From contig NC_068982.1 in NCBI RefSeq assembly GCF_001194135.2, positions 149,932,153-149,996,152 of the forward strand: 64,000 nucleotides of DNA. The letters run 5' to 3'. A model generated the notes under the pieces. The model was not told the origin of the DNA. It saw only the letters and a list, made by a program, of their open reading frames with translations, and ran no database searches. This document shows, piece by piece, positions 25,052 to 36,647 of the stretch. Source of the DNA: Octopus bimaculoides (lineage: Eukaryota). The stretch's first letter is position 1; the number at the start of each line of letters is the position of its first letter. The translations under genes and the position numbers were made by a program.

Positions 25052-25610
25052 GAGTGAGAGAGCAGTGCATGCCATCAAAATGACACTGCGGTAAAATATA
25101 AAATATACGAAGCCCAGTATACCCATCATGACTACCCGTTTGATAAGGGTACACCAGGTACATGCATCACAACCATATGTGCACGACATGGTGATCTGAT
25201 ATCAAGATAAATAACGCATGAACTTGTAGGTGGTGCCCAGTTAGAATCTTCTTCAGGTCGAGTAACCCATCGCGCTCAAAAGGTCCCTGAATAAGGCCTG
25301 TTTAAGGATGTTGAACGAAACACCCATGTTTCCAAAAGTGAATTATCCAAACCCCCAAAATTTTCTTTCAACACATGGCTATGATGCTCTCCCACTACTT
25401 CTGCTCGTGATCAGAAATGCACATATCATCAGCCACTAAGGGACATGCTTAACTGGTTAAGGTCAAACAACTGACAAGCATATCTGTGGTATTGAGCAGA
25501 ATATTTGCAGTAGCCCATCTTTTATACTAAGGCAAAATATGTACATAATAACACTTCCAATCAGTTAAGATCAGAAGCCATGAGTGCCACTGCTTGGTAT
25601 TGCATCAGAG
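25052..25610 (-). mobile_element. Non-coding ~560-bp repeat ending in (AAT)n, probably a non-autonomous retroposon (copy A)
   Basis: Both ends are shared with 25631-25837; the 3' end reads GCACTGCTCTCTCACTC(AAT)n. Confidence 0.7.
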
Positions 25611-25630
25611 TATTTATTATTATTACTATT

Positions 25631-25837
25631 GAGTGAGAGAGCAGTGCATGCTATCAAAGTGACACTGGGGTAAAATATAAGATATACGAAGTCCAGTATA
25701 CCCATCAAGACTACCCGTTTGATAAGGGTACACCAGGCTCATGCGTCACAACCACATGTGCATGACATGTTGATCTGATATCAAGATTAATCAGTTAAGA
25801 TCAGACGCCATGAGAGCCACTGCCTGGTTTTGCATCA
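25631..25837 (-). mobile_element. Internally deleted tandem copy B of the same (AAT)n-associated repeat
   Basis: Same termini as copy A; about 350 bp of the interior is missing. Confidence 0.7.
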
Positions 25838-25907
<70 letters not shown>

Positions 25908-26625
25908 GCCTTTGCACAGCTTCTAACGCTGGGGATGTACTACGGTGTCAGATGTTCACTAACAGTGAACTAAGGTAACATCTCTGATTTTTCGAGCACT
26001 TTCCGGAGTATTCGAGCGGTTCCAAGCAGTGCTGTTTTCTGCAAGTGCTCCACCTTTATTGCAGCTCCTATTTGTTCCATGTACTTCCTGAGATTTTTAC
26101 TCGCTGTTCCCTGGGCTGTGACAGTTACTAGCACTACTACCACCTTTTTCATTGACCACAACTGCTTAACCTCCCAAGCTAACCTGTCATACCTATGGAC
26201 TCTTCTTTCTTCCTTATCGCATACCTTGTTGTCTGCTGGGCATGCTATAACTATGATCCAGCATAGTTTACTTTCTTTCTCAAGTAAGACTATGTCTGGC
26301 TTCCTATTTTCTATCTCATGGTCGCACTGAATCATAAAATCCCACAGAATCTTCGCATTATTATTTTCGATGGTGCCTTTGGGTTTGTGGTCGTACCAAT
26401 TTTCTTTCTCTGTCAAGACCATATTTGCTGCAAAGCTATATTGTCGTGGCGTCTCTTGTACTCCTTCTGGGTTAGTGGCGTGGTACATGCAAAGTATAAG
26501 CAGACGCTCAGGGAAAGAAGGAAAGGTGGTTTTACGTTTCGGGCAAAGCTCTTCGTCAGAAACAGGAGACAGAGGAAAGTCCAAGAGAAAAGGAAGACGG
26601 AGTAAAAAAACGTCAATGATCCGCA
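25908..26625 (-). mobile_element. R4/Dong-like non-LTR retrotransposon 3' part with a restriction-like endonuclease domain; (AAT)n tail
   Basis: Reads KEYKRRHDNIA, KILWDFMIQCDHEIENRKPDIVLLEKESKLCWIIVIACPAD and LQKTALLGTARILRKVL. The 3' UTR runs into (AAT)n at 25907. Confidence 0.88.
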
Positions 26626-27389
26626 TGCGGTATGTATGTATGTATGCATATATAGACATACATATATACATATATGTGTGTATGTGTGTGTATAAGTATG
26701 TGCGTGTGTTTGTGTGTGTGTGTATAGCTTGCTAGCAAGCTAGCTAGCTAGCTAGATAGATCAGACATATATGTATATAAATATATATTTATATACGCTG
26801 ATGGAGGGGGAAGAGAGAGAGGGGTGAGAGAGGGAGAGAGAGAGTGAGAGAGAACGAGAGAGATATAAGGAGAGAGAGAGAGAGAGAGAGTGTGTGAGAG
26901 AGAGCGAGAGAGATATAAGGAGAGAGAGAGAGTGAGAGAGAGTGAGAGAGAGCGAGAGAGATATAAGGAGAGAGAGGAGGAGAGAGAGAGAAGCGTACTT
27001 AGCAACATATATAGATTAGTTGATTCCCACACAGTAGGATACATGTCTCGCATTATTACTTAATATCCACAAACCGTAGATGTAATAGTCAGGACACGAT
27101 ATTGGAAATAAATGGACAAAAAAATATCATTTACAAACAAGAAATTGAAAAAATATTTGCTAGATAGATATATTACAAAACTAATAAAATAGTAAAATGG
27201 GAAAAATTCATAAAATCCCCATCTTTATACTTTTTGTAGAAAACATTTTTATTGATATAATATTGAAATGTCATATTTTTGAAATTAAAAATGGATAAAA
27301 TCTTAATTTAAAACAGGACAACACAAAAGCCATGTATATATATTCATGCATGCATACATGAATACTTACATTCATATTTACGTAATATA

Positions 27390-27463
<74 letters not shown>

Positions 27464-27750
27464 GTTGAAATGCATACGTACATATATGGCACAGACATTA
27501 GCTGAGTGGTTAAAAAGCACGATTATAACTGCGTCATTTGGGTTCTATATCTTCCTGCGTTGTCCTTTGAGTAAGTATCTTTTATCATAGGTTTGGGTTG
27601 ATCAAAGACTTGTGAGTAAAAGTTAATAGAGGCAAAGCATGTGGAAGCAATGTCATCCAGGTCAGTACAAGAACCTGACCATTTAGGGTCATTATCGGGC
27701 TCCATTTTAATGTAAGCATTTGGGTCAAGTGTCCTATCTAGGAACAACTG

Positions 27751-27810
<60 letters not shown>

Positions 27811-28737
27811 CACACACACANNNNNNNNNNNNNNNNNNNNNNNNNNNNNNNNNGTAATATAATATGTGACAATTATTCGGTTGCCATAATAAGACTCCGA
27901 TTTTCGGATGTCGGGGCGGAAACCTGCTCCGGCGTCTCGTCAGTTATCAAGGCAATCAAAAGATGACCGTTAAACAAAGGGAAATTTCTATGTAATTTAC
28001 CGTTATTAAGACAAAAGAGCTATTAGAATGACCGTTAAATAAGGGGGGAAAACCCGAAGGGGAGGAAGTAAAAAGTAAAGAAGTAAAAATGCTCATACCA
28101 ATCGCGTATGCGCGCATGTACATACATACACATGCGCGCACGCACACCCACGTACATGTGCCCATATGCATATGTTCACTCACACTTGCATGAAACACAT
28201 ACATGCGCACTCACACATACGCCAATAGATGCACATATATACATGCAACCATGCATGTACACGTATACATATCCACATACACACGCGCGCACACACACAC
28301 ACGTGCACATACCCATACGCGCACAATTGTATTCAAATGCACGTCTAAAAATACGCACATGCTATATATGCATATGCTCACTCATACACGCGTGAAACTC
28401 TCGCATGTACACCCACATATATATGCAACCATACACATGTACATATACATGTACATATATACATACTCGCACACACGCACACACGCCCACAAAAAGTTCA
28501 TATACACGTCTATATACGCACATGCACGAGAAAAAAGCAGGGTGAAATGTAAAATACAGAAAAAAAGGTGTAAAAATATATAAAGCAATAAAAATATAGA
28601 AATATATCTATAAATATGTAAAAAAAATATGTAAAATATATATAAAAAATATATTAAAAGTATAGAGAGATAAAATGCTTGTACGTGGACACAATATAAA
28701 AAGCAGGTTCTATCTGTGATCCTGGGGTGGGGACCAA

Positions 28738-28775
<38 letters not shown>

Positions 28776-28812
28776 GTGTGTGTGTGTGATATTTTGCACT
28801 AATGAGTATATG

Positions 28813-29628
28813 NNNNNNNNNNNNNNNNNNNNNNNNNNNNNNNNNNNNNNNNNNNNNNNNNNNNNNNNNNNNNNNNNNNNNNNNNNNNNNNNNNNNNNNN
28901 NNNNNNNNNNNNNNNNNNNNNNNNNNNNNNNNNNNNNNNNNNNNNNNNNNNNNNNNNNNNNNNNNNNNNNNNNNNNNNNNNNNNNNNNNNNNNNNNNNNN
29001 NNNNNNNNNNNNNNNNNNNNNNNNNNNNNNNNNNNNNNNNNNNNNNNNNNNNNNNNNNNNNNNNNNNNNNNNNNNNNNNNNNNNNNNNNNNNNNNNNNNN
29101 NNNNNNNNNNNNNNNNNNNNNNNNNNNNNNNNNNNNNNNNNNNNNNNNNNNNNNNNNNNNNNNNNNNNNNNNNNNNNNNNNNNNNNNNNNNNNNNNNNNN
29201 NNNNNNNNNNNNNNNNNNNNNNNNNNNNNNNNNNNNNNNNNNNNNNNNNNNNNNNNNNNNNNNNNNNNNNNNNNNNNNNNNNNNNNNNNNNNNNNNNNNN
29301 NNNNNNNNNNNNNNNNNNNNNNNNNNNNNNNNNNNNNNNNNNNNNNNNNNNNNNNNNNNNNNNNNNNNNNNNNNNNNNNNNNNNNNNNNNNNNNNNNNNN
29401 NNNNNNNNNNNNNNNNNNNNNNNNNNNNNNNNNNNNNNNNNNNNNNNNNNNNNNNNNNNNNNNNNNNNNNNNNNNNNNNNNNNNNNNNNNNNNNNNNNNN
29501 NNNNNNNNNNNNNNNNNNNNNNNNNNNNNNNNNNNNNNNNNNNNNNNNNNNNNNNNNNNNNNNNNNNNNNNNNNNNNNNNNNNNNNNNNNNNNNNNNNNN
29601 NNNNNNNNNNNNNNNNNNNNNNNNNNNN
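28813..29628. other. Largest of 14 assembly gaps (N runs); most abut microsatellites
   Basis: Other large N runs include 5149-5335, 11008-11508, 41737-42090, 47221-47412, 55779-55956, 56575-56754 and 63210-63476. Confidence 0.99.
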
Positions 29629-29795
29629 GGTGCCCCAGCATGGCCGCAGCCAAATGACTGAAACAAGTAAAAGAGAGTAAAAGAAAAGAGAGTAAAAGAA
29701 AAGAGAGTATACGTGCATACATACATACATACATACATACATACATACATACATACATGCGTAACTTTTCGGTCGGCAGTCTGCGAACACTCCCT

Positions 29796-30027
29796 GGCGG
29801 CGAGCTGGCAGAAACGTTAGCACGCCGGGCGAAATGCTTAGCAGTATTTCGTCTGCCGCTACGTTATGAGTTCAAATTCCGCTGAGGTCGACTTTGCCTT
29901 TCATCATTTCGGGGTCGATTAAATAAGTACCAGTTACGCACTGGGGTTGATATAATCGGCTTAATCCGTTTGTCTGTCCATGTTTGTCGCCTCTGTGTGT
30001 AGCCCCTTGTGGGTAGAAAAGAAATAA
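29796..30027 (+). mobile_element. Full-length SINE family C
   Basis: GGCGGCGAGCTGGCAGAAACGTTAGC...GAGTTCAAATTCC...GTCGACTTTGCCTTTCATC...AAGAAATAA. Confidence 0.9.
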
Positions 30028-30043
30028 TACATACATACATACA

Positions 30044-30215
30044 TGCCAATCTTGAGAAATTAGGCTTCTCAAAACCAGAAAGCAGAAAGCTAACTCGAAG
30101 ACTACAGATCCAATCCATCACTGGAACTATAAAAATCTGTAAAACTTTCCAGACATGCTCATATATGAGTATGTTTAGATATGCAACTATATGCATCAGA
30201 ATACATACATAAAAC
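30044..30215 (+). mobile_element. 3' end of a probable RLE-type LINE embedded in (TACA)n
   Basis: Encodes NLEKLGFSKPESRKLTRRLQIQSITGTIKICKTF; its 3' UTR recurs at 47438-47490, again beside microsatellite. Confidence 0.55.
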
Positions 30216-30232
30216 ATCCATCCATCCATACA

Positions 30233-30265
<33 letters not shown>

Positions 30266-31309
30266 GCGTAATATTTCGGTCGGCAGTCTACGAACACTCC
30301 TTGCAAACGCAAGCCTTCAGTGGTTTCCTCAAATTCAGAGTTTACTCTAATTAAATATCCACTCATTTATTTATGCATATTTATTCACTATGTATACTGG
30401 TCATCACAATCAGCAGATGTTTACAAAAATCCATTGACTAGGGACGCCGGCGTACTGTAGTAAAGTTCCCCCTATTACTGTCAGTAAATGCAACAAAAGG
30501 ACTGGAAGTTAGATCTGTAGACTAGAAAAATATATTCGGTAATTAAACACTGGTCACACTGCTAGCAGTCATAATTTGTATTACAATAGGTAACATTTGA
30601 CAGTGAGTTAATTAGACTAGCGAGACTCAACAAACTTGTCCCAGCACATTGTGCCTTCCCTAATGAAATACGCACATAAATATAAACAGGCAGATTATAT
30701 ATAACAAACACAAACAGAAACATGTACATATATACATTTATAATTACGATAATACAGTTTTATGGGAAATAATTCTTATTAGGAATGGTATTCGGAACTA
30801 TAAATCACAGTCTCTATAGAATATGTGGGTTCGTGTCCCACGGGTAGTCTTTGACTTTTTCTATCCAAATGTATTTTTGACACAATATTTACAACCTGTT
30901 ATTTATAGATTTATCTGCTTTGCGTTTCACCGTTCCCAAAAATAATTATTTCACGTTCCCTCGAATTTTGTAAATTCTAAATACCCCACGCGATAGTTTT
31001 ATAAGTCTAAATTTACATATATATGCACACACTCAGACAAATACACGCTCAGACAAATACACAGACAGAGGTGAACATATATATGTACAGATAGAGACCA
31101 CGAGATGGAAAGAAATAGAGAGATAGACAGACAAACAGAGAGAGAGAGATTGTGAGAGCTGAGGAGGACCAGTGATATACAGAATACCCATTTTGAATCC
31201 TAATTCTAATATTTTACAAACTTACTATTTATTTTCCCCCTCGTCTCCATCTCATATTTTTGCTAATACTAACTTTCTGAAGAAATTATTGAAATATTTT
31301 ACAGGTTGG

Positions 31310-31418
31310 AGATGTATATCTGAATAAACAACGAGAAACCCATCAATTATCTGTGCATCATGAAAGGAATAATCTGCAATCATAGTACTTATCGCTTCTT
31401 TTTAATTCTAGTTTACTG
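31310..31418 (+). repeat. 109-bp segment duplicated at 36200-36308
   Basis: Two mismatches by manual comparison. Confidence 0.9.
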
Positions 31419-31794
31419 CTTAAACACCAACCTTTTCTGCATTTCTTTCTTTCTGTCTCTGGCTACCAGTCTCACTTGTCTTACCTCATTTTGTCTACCT
31501 CTCTTTTTCTCTCCCCCTTTCTACCTCCCCATTCAAATATTTTCCTCGTTTCACTTATCTCTTTTCTCAAAGTTATAGTTTCTAGCAGCTTCTCAACTAA
31601 TCAAGCAATCAATCACTCGATTAATCAATATTTGAATATACAATATAATCCAATAAGATCGATAGTATTATACATATACACACACACTGATATATACGCA
31701 CGATAGGGATGTGTGCATATTTGTATACGCGATATGAATGTGTGTTCATATATTCACGCCCGATATGAATATGAATATATNNNNNNNNNNNNNN

Positions 31795-31832
<38 letters not shown>

Positions 31833-31837
31833 TACGT

Positions 31838-32209
31838 TACGTGGCACTCCGTCGGTTACAACGACACGAGTTCCAGCTGATTCGATCAACGGAACAGCCT
31901 GATCGTGAAATTAACGTGCAAGTGGCTGAGCACTCCACAGACACGTGTACCCTTAACATAGTTCTCGGGGAGATTCAGCGTGGCACAGAGTGTGACAAGG
32001 CTGGCCCTTTGAAATACAGGTACAACAGAAACAGGAAGAAAGAGTAAGAAAAAGTTGTAGTAAAAGAGTACAGCAGGGTTCGCCACCATCCCCTGCCAGA
32101 GCCTCATTGAGCTTTAGGTGGAGGCATAATGGCCTGGTGGTTAGGGCAGCGAACTCGTGGTCGTAGGATCGCGGTTTCGATTCCTAGACCGGGCGTTGTG
32201 AGTGTTTAT
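31838..32209 (-). mobile_element. SINE family B with an inverted 5' segment
   Basis: Body and tail lie on the minus strand (31838-32120); the tRNA head follows immediately on the plus strand (32118-32209). Confidence 0.88.
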
Positions 32210-32221
32210 ATAGCTAGCTAG

Positions 32222-32255
<34 letters not shown>

Positions 32256-32520
32256 NNNNNNNNNNAACTTAACGGTAAACCAATGGTTTCATAATTAACA
32301 CAGCAAAACTATGCAGTAAGCTACATCTTTTATCAGTACACGTATGGTCAAGACACAAAAAATAAACAAAAATAAACATACCCTGACGTACCCAACACAG
32401 TAAAGACGATTGTTCATCCTTATATATCCAATATATATATATATCCAATATATATATATATTATTTATATATATATATATGTATGTATATGTATATATAT
32501 ATATGTATATATATATCTAT

Positions 32521-32587
<67 letters not shown>

Positions 32588-34840
32588 TAAGGTATTTGCA
32601 TACACACACACACAATAGAAGCAATACACAGTATTTGGGCGGGGTGTATAAATGCAGACTTTCAGATGTATGCTGTTAGTAGACAGTCATTTTCAGTTAT
32701 ACTTCAAAACTAAAAACACCAACAACAGATATTGTAGTTAAACATGATTTTTCTTTATATTCTTTATCTGATCAACAAAAGGAGAACAAGCTGAATGGTT
32801 TAACCATTTTTACCGCTTCATCAACGGTCGTATTGATTTGATTTTCCACAGAAATAAATAGTTTTCAGCTATTAATTTCTCTGTTTGTCGAAATATGAGT
32901 ATGCAATCAGTGATGAACAGTTAAAAAAAATGCTGAAATTAGTCAGGCCAAGCTCGTCGACCATAATGTGAAAACTTGAAACAACAGAGAAGAGAAATAA
33001 CTCCAATAAATTAGATAATTGAAATTTTGGACAATTTAGACAATCAAGATTATACATATATTTGTAGTGTAATATAAGGATTCATAAAATCGTGTAACTA
33101 TCAAAGAAAGCTCCTCTAGCGGGCACGGTTAGCAGACCCCATAGTAATCCAATATGGAGGAGTATAATGCAAAGTTCTATGCAACTGAAACCCAGGAGAT
33201 CCAATCAATGATATTATTTCATAGTGAGTATATAAACCATAAGCAGTCATGATGCATGAGAGGGGAATATATTTATTTAACCACTTGTCATCTTTAAGAT
33301 TACGGCCGTTTCGCAGCCTTCATCATTTAATAATCATTTAACATATAATAAATTATGTTTACATGTCTACACTAATACGCACGCAACTCATTATACAATG
33401 CAGTATAATAAATTATTATAAATTTTTGCTCTCGAGTTTCTATTTTATGCTTCACCCTCATTTTCAAAATTTAGCATTTCCTATATCTTATTCATGTTCA
33501 TAAAATTCTTGTACTTTATATACAAATGAGAACTTGAGAGTGAAGACTGTGAGTAATGGGATACAATTATACGACATATTCTTTCGCATCATATAGTTTT
33601 GTCAGTTTCGATTACCGTCTCAGTACTGTCTCGTTTTGCGGTATTGTTCGATTATTTCCACAAGTGATCTGTAAAAATTTGGGATTCCAAGTTGTTTTTG
33701 GTGAATCTGTTTTGTCTCAACGGAAAAATATGGATATATGTTCGGAGATGCAAACGATAAAAGAAAAAAACTCTCATAAGAGAAAAATGTCTATAGTTTC
33801 TTACGAATTTTGTATAGGAAAGCAACCTTAAAGGCGTTTCAAATCTAAAATTAACAAATGATATTGGTGAAAGTAATAAACCTGTTTTAGTAATAAACAT
33901 ATTCTATCCATCGTGATTAAGACAGATTACTATATTTGAACTCAAAATGCAAAGAGCTACAAGAAATAAAAGGCATCCCTTAAACACTGAACAGTAAAAA
34001 CTAGACCTTAAAAATCTCCTCAGGGATACGACACTTGTCTAAAGCAGATAGCAATCCTAAAGGACCCAATATCTAATTGTAAGTGAATTGAGGCCCATAA
34101 AATGTAATAATTTATCCTGGGACAAAAACAACAACAATAGCAGTGGCGTTACCGTCTACCATAATAAACGAATTAATAAGTTGTCCCTCGACTTGCTAAT
34201 TATAGCAGCCAAATTTCCATCCATATTCCACCATACCACCTTCAAAAAAAGACAGTACATATTAGATAATGTAGTACAAGAGGAATTATATATTTTTTGT
34301 GCCTAGTCAGAAGAAGAAGGACATCATCTATGACCCTTTTCCAAGCTTGCAGGATTTGTGGGAAGATGATAGGAGTTATCCTCAGGCCAAAGACCTAGCC
34401 CGAATGCTTGCAACACAATGGATTCCACAAAAGGAATACAAAAGTCAAATGGTGTTATTAAACTGGGCCGCGAACTTTTATCATATTTACTGCGGTTTAT
34501 TCCCTAAGTCATCTCTGATAAAACAGAATCTATGATCAAAAAACATTCAATCTTACTCTCAGATAATATAACCAGGATTGCTTTAAACATTATGTTCTTT
34601 CTTTTCTTTAAATATATTAAGCTATAATTTTGAAAGCAAATCGTAGCAGATATATCTAAGTCGAGCAACCATAACCAGAGAATCTCTTTCTGGCTTGATT
34701 TTAATGTATTTTTACATGAAGATTGTGTGAATAGAATCTTCGCAACAATTGAAAGCAATCCTTCTTTGAGTGTGTGAAACTTTAAGCGTCACTAGGTTTG
34801 TGACCATGTGACAAGTTGACTACTACACTCGGTCAGTTCA

Positions 34841-35085
34841 GATGACCTTCAACATCAGCTGATCAGCAACACAATGGCAGCCTTTTCTAAACTGACAGGC
34901 ATGTAAGAAAGGCGTGTAAAACTTATCGGGCAATGTCTGAGACTCTTCAAGTTGCTCACCAGCTAAGTTATCTAGGAACTGACCCGTGGTGGAATAAACC
35001 TTAGACGTTCATTCAGAACCATAGTCAATACTTTGATGAAAGATAGTAGCACCGTAACTTCTGATGAAATAGAATATGTGGTGTG
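34841..35085 (+). mobile_element. RTE-like LINE C-terminal relic
   Basis: ERRVKLIGQCLRLFKLLTS*VI*ELTRGG...TLMKDS resembles the RTE post-RT pattern RR.R.AGHC.R...LWEP..G...D.L..D. Confidence 0.55.
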
Positions 35086-36070
35086 ATTGTCATCGTGCCC
35101 GACGCTAGTGTAAGTAGTATTCTAAAGATGATAATGATAACGATGATGTGAAAATCGCAATTTCAAACATAGAGGGAACGTTTGGTCAATCAAATGTTCC
35201 CCAGTACTTGTTTTGTACTTTATTTCATCCACCTCAGAAGAATGAAAAACAAAGTTGAGCTCGGTGGGATTATAACTTCAAAATCTAAAAGATATAACTA
35301 AATACCGTAAGGTATTTTACCAGACGCTCTATCGATTCTCTCAAAGTAAACAAAGCAGATAAAACCTCTAGAATGACGTGACTTCTACCAGATTTAATCA
35401 ATAGAGAACTGAATGGTGAGTAAAATATTCGGATAAAATATGTGCATGAGATGGGAGTCAGAGTTGTAGGATGCTGTTTATTTATATCAGCGTAAAATCA
35501 TTTCTTAATGACGTTTGTTTTAACTGATGTTTTTAATAATGACTGTATTATTAAATGCTGCTACTGCTATAGCTGGACACCTTGGAAAGATGAAGGAAAG
35601 GGTAGGATAGGAGGCGGGTTGTAGGACATAGATAAGGTGTATGTTAGAGGTAGTGTTCAGAATCCATGACTTGACGATATAGTAATAGATTTGAATACAT
35701 ATACAGAGAACGAGAGAGAACAATGAGCGAGAGAGAGAGAGAGAGAAGAGAGAGAGAGAAGAGAGAGAGAGAAGAGAGAGAGAGAGAGACTAACAGACAG
35801 ACAGAAAGAGAGAGAGAGAAAGATAGACAGACAGACAAAGAGAGAGAGAGAGAGAAATAGATAGAAAAAGAGAGATGGATAAGAAAATGTAGTAAAGAGA
35901 GATAGTCAGAGAAAATACAGAGATAGAGAAACTACAGAGAAAACACAGAAAAAGAGAGAACATGGTGAGGGAGAGAGATAAATAACATGAAATTTAGAGA
36001 GAGAGAAGCAAAGCAAGAAACAGAAAGACGGTTAGAGAATGAGATAGCGAGAGACAGAGAGAAATACAGT

Positions 36071-36122
<52 letters not shown>

Positions 36123-36199
36123 ATGTGTATATGTGTGTGGGGTTGCGTGTGTCCGTTTAGGTGTGAGCATGCGTGCGTGTGCGTGCGTAGCGTAAAAGC

Positions 36200-36308
36200 A
36201 GATGTATATTTGAATAAACAACGAGAAACCCATCAATTATCTGTGCATCATGAAAGGAATAATCTGCAATCAAAGTACTTATCGCTTCTTTTTAATTCTA
36301 GTTTACTG
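36200..36308 (+). repeat. Second copy of the 109-bp duplication
   Basis: Matches 31310-31418. Confidence 0.9.
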
Positions 36309-36647
36309 ATCAAACCACTTTTCTCTACTAGGTTTGATTTTCTTTCTTTCTCTCTACTAATCTATCAGTTATCTCACTTTCTCTCTAGAGAAAAAGAGTG
36401 TGTGCGTGAGCATGAAAGCAGAAACAGTAAATGATAGATAATAGTAAAGTGGATGTTACCGTAATTGATGTAGTAAACCAAAACATTTTAATAAGAAAAC
36501 ATTACACCTGTAGTGATAAGAACAATTATCTTCTAAACAACTAATTTTAGTCAAAAAGGCAGGAAACAACTCAGAAAATTTCATCAATTTGATTTATTTA
36601 AATATTGATTGCAGTGGAGAGTGAGTCTAATTTTTAACAGTTTGGAC

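Noticed and set aside
30825-30850. GTGGGTTCGTGTCCCAC T-arm/B-box-like hairpin
   Set aside because: No D arm, anticodon arm or acceptor stem; not a tRNA gene.
34299-34535. 78-aa ORF after a T-rich acceptor-like site
   Set aside because: No convincing donor and no family recognised; it lies near an RTE relic and may be decayed TE.
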